From the NCBI GenBank assembly GCA_016219595.1, contig JACRLY010000021.1:6083-70082 (forward strand): a stretch of 64,000 bases of DNA, in the 5' to 3' direction. This stretch comes from Ignavibacteriota bacterium. Its GTDB lineage: Bacteria; Bacteroidota; Ignavibacteria; Kapaibacteriales; UBA2268. Below the pieces are notes generated by a model, which saw only the letters and a program-made list of their open reading frames with translations, made no database searches and was not told where the DNA came from. Both the position numbers and the translations under genes were made by a program. This document shows positions 1-8,600 of the stretch, in pieces. Numbering within the stretch: position 1 is the first letter of the stretch; each line of letters starts with the position of its first letter.

Positions 1-517
1 AAATATACTTTACCTGCTCCACCGCCTTTACTCATAATTTCTTCCTTTTTATAAAGTGTTCATAACACATGTGAACAAAATTTTTCAAAATTAAAAATAT
101 AAATGTTTATTTAAAACTTTTAAGTTGCCCTATTTATTTAGAAAATTATTCATTATAATAATTGTTATTTGAGTGAATAGATTGTTCACGTTTTTCCAAT
201 TTATAGCAATTGTTTTAAATTAACAAGAAAAAAATAAAACCTTTAATGAATAAAGTTCAATAAAAGCGGTGCAAAGTAATACAACATCGTTTTTGTAAAT
301 ATAGAATATTCAATGATTTTTTTGTAGTCTTTATGTTGAAATTTTTGTAGTCAATGTTACTACATTTTCCACATTTCCTGAATTTCATTCACTATTTATA
401 TTGCCATATTTCTGCAGTCAAAATTTTCAAATTTTTTTTGGTCTGGAATCATTGGAATATTAATGAATGAAATTAAACAATATTTAATTATTTTTCCTTT
501 GCTGAGTTTGATTTTTA

Positions 518-553
518 ACAAAAAAAAGGCGGTATGGAAAAACACACCGCCTT
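518..553 (-). terminator. Rho-independent terminator after the S8 protease gene
   Basis: Hairpin AAGGCGGT (526-533) pairs with ACCGCCTT (546-553). On the minus strand it is followed by a T8 run (complement of A520-527). It lies about 20 nt past the stop at 575. Confidence 0.7.
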
Positions 554-574
554 AAAAATTAATTACAAGTAATT

Positions 575-1753
575 TTATCTTGTAGCCATCTGGTCCGGAT
601 TGCCGTCTGGATCATTCGAAACGTTACCCCTGCTTGAGATTGTTCCCCCGGTTGCAAGCAGAATACCTGCAAGATGGGGAGCTGCCATTGAAGTGCCACT
701 CATTGTCGCATATCCTTTGTTTTTGTAAGTTGAATATATGCTTACTCCCGGCGAACACCAATCTACCGGTGGATTTCCCCAGTTAGAGAAATATGCAAAT
801 ACATCATTAACATCAAGAGCCGATGCGGTAAATACGTTCTGATGATTTACACGAGCCGGAGAGTAATTTCCTGCAAAAGCCGCACTGTTCCCTGCTGCAA
901 TTGCAATAAAAACACCTTGATTCGCAAGATTGAGAACTGCATTGTCGAGTGCTGTGGAACCGCCGCCGCCGAAGCTCATGTTTGCCACATCGCCAGCTGT
1001 TGCTTTTGATGCAACATAATTAATACCTGCGATGATTTGTGAATATGTTCCGCTTCCGTTCTTATTTAACACTTTGACACCCACAACTTTTCCTCCTGCA
1101 CATACTCCAACCACACCTGAAGTATTATGTCTCGCAGCAATTGTCCCTGCCACATGTGTACCATGTCCGTTGTCGTCTTCTGCATTTCTCCTTGTGCTCA
1201 CAAAGTTTTTGCATAATGATGTCTGAACGTTTAGCTCCGGGTGGGTAAGATTAATACCCGTGTCAATTATCCATGCTATGTGAGGATTTGATGTTCCATC
1301 AACATATCCGCCTACCCTTGTAATGCCCCATGGTACTGTTTCTGCCTGGAATTTTGCCGATTTGGGATTGTCCTCGATTATGACCGGGTCATCTAATGTA
1401 ATCTCACGGTCTTGCTCTACTATCCTAACCCTTTTGTCTAATTTTAGCTGCTCTGCCTGTTCAGGGCTAAGCTTCGAGCAAAATCCCTGAATAGCGCTTT
1501 CGTATACATAAACTAAATCTGTTTCATTTACTCCATAGTTCTTCAATACTGTAAGAACATTGCTTCTCATTGCTTCTGCTGATTGAATCGTATTTCCGAA
1601 TGCATTATCATTGAATACAACGATATATTGATTCTGACTCAAGCCCTGGTTGTCCCCGTTAGTCGATGCTGAATCTGTTCCTTCGCTGCATCCGTAAAAT
1701 ACTATCGCTGCCGATGATAATATCATCAATAAGAATAGTTTTATTTTACTCAT
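575..1753 (-). CDS. Subtilisin-like (S8) serine protease with N-terminal propeptide; probable lipoprotein
   Basis: Catalytic motifs appear in subtilisin order: IIDTGI (Asp), HGTHVAGT (His), GTSMAAPH (Ser). N-terminal signal ends in FYGC (lipobox-like). I9-like propeptide YIVVFND. SD GGAGGGAG upstream of the ATG. Confidence 0.9.
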   Translation of the reverse strand: MSKIKLFLLMILSSAAIVFYGCSEGTDSASTNGDNQGLSQNQYIVVFNDNAFGNTIQSAEAMRSNVLTVLKNYGVNETDLVYVYESAIQGFCSKLSPEQAEQLKLDKRVRIVEQDREITLDDPVIIEDNPKSAKFQAETVPWGITRVGGYVDGTSNPHIAWIIDTGINLTHPELNVQTSLCKNFVSTRRNAEDDNGHGTHVAGTIAARHNTSGVVGVCAGGKVVGVKVLNKNGSGTYSQIIAGINYVASKATAGDVANMSFGGGGSTALDNAVLNLANQGVFIAIAAGNSAAFAGNYSPARVNHQNVFTASALDVNDVFAYFSNWGNPPVDWCSPGVSIYSTYKNKGYATMSGTSMAAPHLAGILLATGGTISSRGNVSNDPDGNPDQMATR

Positions 1754-1980
1754 AAATACTCCCTCCTGGTTTATTTATAATTTATACTATAATTTGATAT
1801 TTATACAACATTAATATTAACATTTTAATTAATACAAACAAAATAATATTTTTAATATTGCTATAGGATATAATATCAAATAAAATTATAGTATCAGTAA
1901 GTTAATAATAATTAAGTCAATTAGTACATTACTAATTGACTTGAAAAAGTACGATTATGATATATATGTAAATAATTTTC

Positions 1981-2751
1981 CTATCTCAGCCGGAAATTAA
2001 TTGGTATGCTCACCCACAAAGCTACCGGATTCCCATTCTGTCTTGCAGGATTAAATATTGAATTCATTACTGCTTTTGCCGCAGATTCATTCAATAATTC
2101 GTTATCAGAAAATTCAATTATTGATTTCACAGGTTTTCCATCTTTACCGACCAAAACTCTGACTATCACTTTTCCTTCAACGCCTGCCCTCCTTGCCATT
2201 TCAGAATATGCAACTCTTCTCTGCAATTCTGAAAGGTCAATATATGGTTCCACTTCAACTGCAACAAAATCTTCGGGTGATAACTCGATATCTTTAACGG
2301 GTTCATTGCTGTTTCCTAAAACATGTGCAACATTATCCTCATGTATTTCTTTGGTGCCTTCGGTAGATAATACCTTACCGAGATTTCCGAAATCGGCAAA
2401 TGTTCCCGGATTCCTGGTCAGCTCCGATATTGGCGTCGGTTCAGGATTTCCGGCAATTTCTTTGAAGCCGAAATCAGCAGGAACACGAGAATAATTTTTG
2501 TATAGTTGAACTTTTACTTCTTTATTGTTATTCCCCAATTCTATTAATTCATAGCCGCCTGCAATTTTCGGAATTTCAATTCGAATTTCTTTGGCAAAAC
2601 TCATCAATAATGCAATTATAATTGAAACTGCAGTGATTAATCCCAAAGCATAGCCAAATGCCTTGAAAGTGAATCTTTCGGATAATTCTTTCAACTCGGT
2701 TGCACCGTAAGGGAAAGGATGCGGCAGTGCGATTGCTTTTGCTCTTTTCAT
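1981..2751 (-). CDS. tonB: TonB-family energy transducer
   Basis: One TM helix (YALGLITAVSIIIALLMSF). C-terminal TonB_C-like block: AGVEGKVIVRVLVGKDGKPV...NPARQNGNPVALWVSIPINF. Start trimmed to the ATG of MKRAKAIA (cat at 2749-2751); the longer track ORF adds a Cys-rich leader that looks unlikely. Confidence 0.8.
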   Translation of the reverse strand: MKRAKAIALPHPFPYGATELKELSERFTFKAFGYALGLITAVSIIIALLMSFAKEIRIEIPKIAGGYELIELGNNNKEVKVQLYKNYSRVPADFGFKEIAGNPEPTPISELTRNPGTFADFGNLGKVLSTEGTKEIHEDNVAHVLGNSNEPVKDIELSPEDFVAVEVEPYIDLSELQRRVAYSEMARRAGVEGKVIVRVLVGKDGKPVKSIIEFSDNELLNESAAKAVMNSIFNPARQNGNPVALWVSIPINFRLR

Positions 2752-2946
2752 ATCGTGTCCTCCTCTATTTATCATCACTCTGTTTACTCCGAAACAAGTA
2801 CAATCAATCTTGCTTCTACTATTAAGACACAATGCAGGAGGGAAAAGTTACAATGTAATGATTTATAAAATTGATATCAAATATCAGTGTGATATTCATT
2901 TTATAAATATATATTCTGAAAAACTTCTATTTTAATTTATTTTTTT

Positions 2947-3672
2947 CTATTTTAAAAAATGAATATTCCGTACATAAATGGTTTGAGGATTTGTATCAAA
3001 TACAAATTCAGTAACTACATATAATTTTGTTAAATCTGCTGTTGTAAAATTATCATATAATATAATTTGGTAGATACCCCAATCTTTTGTTAAATTAAGA
3101 CGTACTTTAGATTCACTTCCATCATCAAGGTCATAGTTATCCTTAAGACCTATCAAAACAGTTTCACCACCCTTCTTCCCTTTTAATTCAAGGATTAACT
3201 TTCTGTATTTTGAATAATCTCTTGCTGGACGAGGAGGTAGTGTAGGCTCTCCAATTGTAATAAACACTGAACCCCAACTTTGTCCACCCGGATAATTAAT
3301 TGTCATAATTTTATTTGAAACATTTGCCCAGTTTTTCCTTTTTTCATATGAGTCAACACCCATATTTAAACCAGAACCTAAAACTCCATTAGAAAATACA
3401 ATGGGATCATCTTGTTGTGAAGCAATTTCTTTTAAGTCTTCCTTAGCACTATCTTTTGCTTTTTTTATCTCTTCAAATATGTTATCAATCCTCCTATTTA
3501 ATTCATATATTTTTTCATCAGAACCTTTAATTTTTTCATGTGCTGATTCCAAGTTAGCACTAAACTTTCCCATAAAAAAAATTGCTGAACCAATTAAGGT
3601 AACTAAAGCGACAATTAAAGCCCAATCCAAACTTCTGGGTTTTTGAGTTTGATTTTGTTTCGAATTTGTCAT
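2947..3672 (-). CDS. Membrane-anchored hypothetical protein (TM, coiled coil, beta-rich C-terminal domain)
   Basis: 241-aa ORF. TM helix LDWALIVALVTLIGSAIFFMG is followed by a charged heptad-like stretch and a C-terminal domain of about 150 aa. No catalytic motif recognised. Confidence 0.6.
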   Translation of the reverse strand: MTNSKQNQTQKPRSLDWALIVALVTLIGSAIFFMGKFSANLESAHEKIKGSDEKIYELNRRIDNIFEEIKKAKDSAKEDLKEIASQQDDPIVFSNGVLGSGLNMGVDSYEKRKNWANVSNKIMTINYPGGQSWGSVFITIGEPTLPPRPARDYSKYRKLILELKGKKGGETVLIGLKDNYDLDDGSESKVRLNLTKDWGIYQIILYDNFTTADLTKLYVVTEFVFDTNPQTIYVRNIHFLK

Positions 3673-3825
3673 TTTTTTCTCTTTAGATTAATACTTATTA
3701 CAGTTAATATTAATTTTATTTTTTATAATACTTTCGAAGTTTTGTATCATTTTAATTTAAAAGCTACCTATTGTCACATTAAAATAGTTTTATTGAAAAT
3801 ATTGATAGTAAAACTCTATATCTAT

Positions 3826-4587
3826 TTATTTAAATAATTTATCCTCGATTATTTTAAGATTTTTATTTACAAAAAACATGTCAGGTTCGTGTTTAACTGC
3901 TCTTGCTCTAATCTCAAAATTTGGATCTTCTGGTTTTTTGTTGTCGAAAAGTATTAGTCCTATTCCAAATTGTAGACAAAGTGTGTCAAGCCTTGTAATA
4001 TCCTCAATTTGTGAATCGTTTGGAACTACAATATAAGATTTATGTGAAAATATCTTGTAAGCACAAGCTTGTCCAAATGCAGTTATAAGCCCATTAGAGT
4101 CAATCTTAATTTCTCCTGAAATAATTTCGGTTGGAAATTGAATAATATCACTACGTTTTGATTCTCTCACGCCAACAACATCTGGTGTACCCCATTTGTC
4201 TTTAAAAATATTACCCCCTAATGGTATTGCGTTTGTACATTCTTCTAATTCATTTACCAACCAATCAGCAAAAGGATTATAAAAATCCTCCTCTTTTATA
4301 GTTTTTTCTTTGATAACTCTTTTTGGTCTTATTTGCTCATCCGGTTGTAATAGAATTTCTTCTTTAAATTTTACTAGTCTAAACACACCTCTATCAGGCT
4401 TATATATTTTTTCTGGATATTGAATATCTAAATCCCAAGTTGCTCCTCTTATTGTATTTTGGTTAATTGAGGAATCAAGTTCTAAAATTCTCCTAACTAG
4501 ATATGAATATCTTACACCTTCTGGTTTAAGATCTAAAATTTCGAAAGCAAAATTTTGTATCCGAGAGGTTATTGTTGTCTTAGCCAT
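3826..4587 (-). CDS. Putative PD-(D/E)XK nuclease-fold protein with N-terminal winged-helix-like domain (Mrr-like architecture)
   Basis: 253-aa ORF. The N-terminal 75 aa or so resemble Mrr_N-type wHTH. The core has ELEE ... PDVVGV ... SGEIK ... QACAY, consistent with an E / D / ExK / Q arrangement. The fold assignment is by eye only. Confidence 0.5.
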   Translation of the reverse strand: MAKTTITSRIQNFAFEILDLKPEGVRYSYLVRRILELDSSINQNTIRGATWDLDIQYPEKIYKPDRGVFRLVKFKEEILLQPDEQIRPKRVIKEKTIKEEDFYNPFADWLVNELEECTNAIPLGGNIFKDKWGTPDVVGVRESKRSDIIQFPTEIISGEIKIDSNGLITAFGQACAYKIFSHKSYIVVPNDSQIEDITRLDTLCLQFGIGLILFDNKKPEDPNFEIRARAVKHEPDMFFVNKNLKIIEDKLFK

Positions 4588-4739
4588 AAAATAAAAATGT
4601 TATCTATTTTAAAAAAAATATTTAAACATTAATAGAAGAGGTTAAATAATACTTCTATTCTAAGAGTTATATTTATAAATTAACTTATAAAATAAAATTT
4701 TCCAAATTTATATAAAATTCTAATTAGAAATAAATTAAA

Positions 4740-4955
4740 TTATTTCCTCACCGGATACCTCACAAGAAACATAAAACCATTCTTGGCATAGAGTGGTTTC
4801 AGGTTTTCGTTTGCAAGGTATTGCCTGCTGTCTTTTGCACGGCAGATGAAATAAGCAGGTTTGTCAATGTTTCCGTTTATGAGCCAATCCTCGAATTTGT
4901 CATTCGGTATTTTTTTATAGTATGCCGACAGGTGCATCGGCTTTCTTTGACTCAA
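4740..4955 (-). pseudogene. 3'-terminal fragment copy of the ArnT-like glycosyltransferase gene
   Basis: Translation KPMHLSAYYKKIPNDKFEDWLINGNIDKPAYFICRAKDSRQYLANENLKPLYAKNGFMFLVRYPVR nearly equals the last 70 aa or so of the 6224-7924 product. There is no homology upstream of that point. Confidence 0.8.
4746..4944. repeat. Direct repeat copy 1 (199 bp) flanking the radical SAM gene
   Basis: Aligns colinearly with 6236-6434 at a constant offset of 1490 bp, with about 16 mismatches by hand count. Confidence 0.9.
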
Positions 4956-5003
4956 AGTAAGAGATAAATTATTTTATTTTTATTTTTTGATTTTAGTAAT
5001 TGT

Positions 5004-6074
5004 TTACGGGTTTAATCTTCTAAATTTATCTTTTGCTTTGGAACCAAGCCATATAACAAATTCTATATTTCTTGATAAGATATTTCCCTTGCCAGACCTG
5101 ATATAATTACGGCATTTACTGCAAACAGTATTACAATCTGTATAATTTTTATCAAGAAAATACTTTCGGGATGAAATATACTTTTCATTGTTCCAAATAT
5201 CTATTAAGGGAGTTTCAAAAACATTGCCGAAAGAATGTTCTTTCTTATAAGTATAGCAGCAAGGAGTTACATCACCGTATACATTGATTGATAAAGTATC
5301 CCAAATGTGAGGACATCGAATTGGTTCCATCAGAGCTTTGGGTTTATTTTTACTGTATCGGTACATTCTGTTCCTTTTTTCTTTAGGAAGCCAATATTCA
5401 ATTGTACTTTTCAACTCATCTTCATTAAGATTATCCCAATCAACATTATCTTCTCTGAATCCCATCGGAACGAAACCATATGCAACTTTATCGGGCATCT
5501 CATCTAATATTTTCTTTATCCTATCTTTTTCTTTCTCGTTATATTTATTTAAAACAACCTGGAATTTTATATTGAAATGTTTTGCTTGTTTTTCCTTTCT
5601 CAACCTTACAAGTTCTTTGAAATTATCTAATGCCAAATTAAAATCACCTTTTAATCTGTATAGCAAATAAGTTTCTGCTGTAGCACCGTCGATAGAAGCC
5701 GACAAATAATCCAAGCCGCTGTCAACGATTTCGGGCAGTAATGCTTTATCAATATTTAAGTTAGAATGAATAACAAGTATAAAGTTTCTTTTTTTGCCTT
5801 CTTTTATAATGTCAAAGATATCGGGATTAAGAAATGGTTCACCAAAATGGTAGAGAGTAATTGTTGAACCTTTTTCCAATTGATTTGCTATATGAATAAA
5901 TTCATCAGTTTTTAGGTATTTATTTTTCTCTTTGATGTAGGCAGTTGAACAAGCCGGGCATTTGAGATTACAAAAATTTGTTGGCTCAATCTGAATAGTT
6001 TTAGGTAATTTCTCAATGAATGAGTTTACATTTAATACCTTGTTTTTATATTCTTCCTTTATTCTTGCGAGCAT
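5004..6074 (-). CDS. Radical SAM protein with Cys-rich SPASM/twitch-like C-terminal region
   Basis: CNLKCPAC is the CxxxCxxC motif near the N-terminus. C-terminal cysteines: CPHIW...TPCCYTY...CNTVCSKCRNY. No obvious SD before the ATG, unlike most neighbours. Confidence 0.85.
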   Translation of the reverse strand: MLARIKEEYKNKVLNVNSFIEKLPKTIQIEPTNFCNLKCPACSTAYIKEKNKYLKTDEFIHIANQLEKGSTITLYHFGEPFLNPDIFDIIKEGKKRNFILVIHSNLNIDKALLPEIVDSGLDYLSASIDGATAETYLLYRLKGDFNLALDNFKELVRLRKEKQAKHFNIKFQVVLNKYNEKEKDRIKKILDEMPDKVAYGFVPMGFREDNVDWDNLNEDELKSTIEYWLPKEKRNRMYRYSKNKPKALMEPIRCPHIWDTLSINVYGDVTPCCYTYKKEHSFGNVFETPLIDIWNNEKYISSRKYFLDKNYTDCNTVCSKCRNYIRSGKGNILSRNIEFVIWLGSKAKDKFRRLNP

Positions 6075-6223
6075 ATTTGAAATATTAATTTTTTCTTAAA
6101 AACAATAATAGTGAAAAGAGAACTAATATCTAAATCTGTTAAATAAAAAAAGTAAGAGGAATTAATTACAAGAAAATTTAATAAGTTTCTTTGTTCCGAT
6201 TCCATTTAATTATAATACAACAG

Positions 6224-7924
6224 CTATTCAATTACCCTCACCGGATACCTCACCAAAAACATAAAACCGTTCTTGGCATAGAGTGGTTTGAGGTTTTCAT
6301 TTGCAAGGTATTGCCTGCTGTCTTTTGCACGGCAGATGAAATAAGCGGGTTTGTCAATATTGCCGTTTATGAGCCAATCCTCGAATTTGTCTCTCGGAAT
6401 ATTTTTGTAGTATGCCGAAAGGTGCATAGGTTTTTCCGTGTAGAAATATTGTCCGTACTTATAATTAGGCACATTCAAGACATACACATAACATTCCCTG
6501 CCTTTTAATTGCCTGTAAAATTCAATTGCAGTACCTTGAGTATATGCATCAATTTTCGGAGCAAGCAAAGGAAGAAAAGTAAACATTACCAATGCTGTCG
6601 AAGCGAAAAGATAAATGAATCCTTTCAGCAATTTTCTTTTTCTGAAAAGAATCAGAGCAAAAATAATTGCAATAAAATAAAATATACCGACAATATATTC
6701 AAGCCCTCCCCAATGCACAGGTGTTTTGAGAATTTCTCTCGTGAAGTCATCTGTTATTTTTGGAAGGAATAATTTTATATTCATCATTGCAAGCGGGAAA
6801 GCGAACAATAGCAAAGCCCAAAAAATTCCAATTATTCCAACAAACCAGGCTATATACTTCTTCCATGGCATATCCCTGTAAGCAAGTGAATACATAGAAT
6901 AAGCACCGAGGAATGTTAACGGGAAATATGCAAGGGATGAATAATGAATAATTTTTGTTTCTACTATGGTAAACACCCCGAGTACAACGCATAACAGGAC
7001 TATTGCCATTTGCCTGAATAATTTCTGTTCAGAATTGTCATCCGGCTGGTTCCTGAAACTTCGGAAAGCAAGAACCGACGCAGGGAAACATCCGAACAAC
7101 AGGACTACAAAATGATAATAAAATGGTCCGCCGTGGCTGGCATCTTCAGTGGTAAGCAATCTCAACTGGTACGAAATAAATTGCTGAAATATATTTCCTT
7201 CGCTTTTCATTGAAATGATTATATACCAAATCACTACAGGCAGAAAAGAAATTATCGTAAATAATAGCAATTGCCCAAGAGGAAACCGGGTATTCCTTCG
7301 ATTGAAAAACCAAATCAATAACCAGGAAAGAAAGACAAGCAGGTATGCAGTGGGTCCTTTTGTCAAAATTGCCAAGGCGATGAAAATGCCAATAAGAATC
7401 GTGTATTTATATTTCGATTTGACTGCAGTATTTTTGATATTTATTTTCTGATGGAATAATTCAACAGAATAATACATGCCGGCAAAAATAAACAAGTTGA
7501 ACAATGGGTCAATCAATCCCGTCTTGAAATAAAAATGCGGCAGAATTGAACCTGAATAAGCCAAAACCCACAGAAGTCCTAATTTTTCATCAAATAGTTT
7601 TTTCCCGATATGAAAAATAAATAGCAAAGAAATTATTCCAATCAAAGCATTAGGAAAACGTGCCGCAAATTCATTGACACCAAACAGCTTCATACTCAAT
7701 GCCTGGCACCAGAAAAAGAGAGGAGGTTTTTCGTGGAAAGGTTCATAGTCAATACGAACAGTCATGTAATCACCCGTCACGAGCATCTCGCGTGCCGCTT
7801 CTGCAAAGTTCACTTCATCCCAGTCGAACAGATGTACACTTCCGAGATATGGAATGAACATCAGTATACCGATTACGGCAACAATAATGTAGGATTTCCA
7901 TTTGTTATTATTTGTTTTTTGCAT
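6224..7924 (-). CDS. GT-C fold glycosyltransferase, ArnT/PMT-like (family 39/83)
   Basis: 566 aa, polytopic with many hydrophobic segments. The first loop motif FDWDEVNFAEAAREM is typical of ArnT/PMT-type lipid-linked sugar transferases. Confidence 0.8.
   Translation of the reverse strand: MQKTNNNKWKSYIIVAVIGILMFIPYLGSVHLFDWDEVNFAEAAREMLVTGDYMTVRIDYEPFHEKPPLFFWCQALSMKLFGVNEFAARFPNALIGIISLLFIFHIGKKLFDEKLGLLWVLAYSGSILPHFYFKTGLIDPLFNLFIFAGMYYSVELFHQKINIKNTAVKSKYKYTILIGIFIALAILTKGPTAYLLVFLSWLLIWFFNRRNTRFPLGQLLLFTIISFLPVVIWYIIISMKSEGNIFQQFISYQLRLLTTEDASHGGPFYYHFVVLLFGCFPASVLAFRSFRNQPDDNSEQKLFRQMAIVLLCVVLGVFTIVETKIIHYSSLAYFPLTFLGAYSMYSLAYRDMPWKKYIAWFVGIIGIFWALLLFAFPLAMMNIKLFLPKITDDFTREILKTPVHWGGLEYIVGIFYFIAIIFALILFRKRKLLKGFIYLFASTALVMFTFLPLLAPKIDAYTQGTAIEFYRQLKGRECYVYVLNVPNYKYGQYFYTEKPMHLSAYYKNIPRDKFEDWLINGNIDKPAYFICRAKDSRQYLANENLKPLYAKNGFMFLVRYPVRVIE
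6236..6434. repeat. Direct repeat copy 2 (inside the 3' end of the ArnT-like gene)
   Basis: Partner of 4746-4944. Confidence 0.9.
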
Positions 7925-7927
7925 AAT

Positions 7928-8257
7928 TTATTTCGCAAACATCTCCTGCAATGTAGAAATAACGGCACGGCTGGTTGGAACTTCAATTGCACCAAGTTTG
8001 CTGACAAGCCTTACTTTATCAATTGTCCGCAATTGGTCAAGCACAATCCAGCCTTCTTTTTTCTGAAATTTACATTTTATTCTCGTAGGGTAACTTCTTC
8101 CCTTTGTTGTCATGGGTGCAATTATAACTGTATTAATATATTCGTTCATCTCATCGGGTGACACAATAAGGCATGGTCTTGTTTTCTTGATTTCACTTCC
8201 GATTGTCGGGTCGAGATTGACTAACCATACTTCAAAACGCTGAACTACCATTCCCAT
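7928..8257 (-). CDS. mazF: MazF/PemK-family type II toxin (mRNA interferase)
   Basis: 109 aa. FEVWLVNLDPTIGSEIKKTRPCLIVSPD signature. Overlaps the upstream antitoxin ORF by 13 nt. Confidence 0.85.
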   Translation of the reverse strand: MGMVVQRFEVWLVNLDPTIGSEIKKTRPCLIVSPDEMNEYINTVIIAPMTTKGRSYPTRIKCKFQKKEGWIVLDQLRTIDKVRLVSKLGAIEVPTSRAVISTLQEMFAK

Positions 8258-8502
8258 TCATCCTTGTCGAAATCATTTAATAAGATGGTATCAGTATCAA
8301 TCAGCGTGTCATCCTTATTCTGAGTCATTTGTTCAAAATTCTCGTCCCATCCTCTCCTGACTTTTTTTCTTATAGGTTTTATTATCAGCAAACGAGAAGA
8401 TTCTTCAATCTCAACTTCCGATTCGATTTCGCATTGTTTCAGCAATGGCTTCGGTATTCGGATACCAAGGGAATTTCCTATTTTTATAACTTTTGTTTTC
8501 AT
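8245..8502 (-). CDS. mazE: MazE/AbrB(SpoVT)-family antitoxin
   Basis: 85 aa. N-terminal KVIKIGNSLGIRIPKPLL is a swapped-hairpin motif. Acidic C-terminus. Coupled to mazF. Confidence 0.8.
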   Translation of the reverse strand: MKTKVIKIGNSLGIRIPKPLLKQCEIESEVEIEESSRLLIIKPIRKKVRRGWDENFEQMTQNKDDTLIDTDTILLNDFDKDEWEW

Positions 8503-8549
8503 AATTACAAATGTAATTACAATGTAATTATTTTCAAAATCTTTTTTTT

Positions 8550-8579
8550 AAATAAAAAAGGGGGCTGATGCCCCCTTTG
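8550..8579 (-). terminator. Rho-independent terminator after 8601-10727
   Basis: GGGGGC (8560-8565) pairs with GCCCCC (8570-8575) around a 4-nt loop. A T-rich run follows on the minus strand. Confidence 0.7.
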
Positions 8580-8600
8580 AAAATATAAATAACCTTTAGA

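Noticed and set aside
1-35. Possible minus-strand gene start (MSKGGGAGKVY...) running off the left edge
   Set aside because: Only 11 codons are visible, which is too little to support a call.
2006-2494. 162-aa plus-strand ORF
   Set aside because: It is antisense to the well-supported TonB gene, with no SD and no recognisable motif.
6059-6205. 48-codon minus-strand ORF (MESEQRNLL...IFQICSQE) immediately upstream of and overlapping the radical SAM start; considered as a RiPP precursor
   Set aside because: It has no SD, an odd hydrophobic composition and only one Cys, and such an ORF is plausible by chance in this spacer. It is worth revisiting only if conserved next to orthologous rSAM genes.
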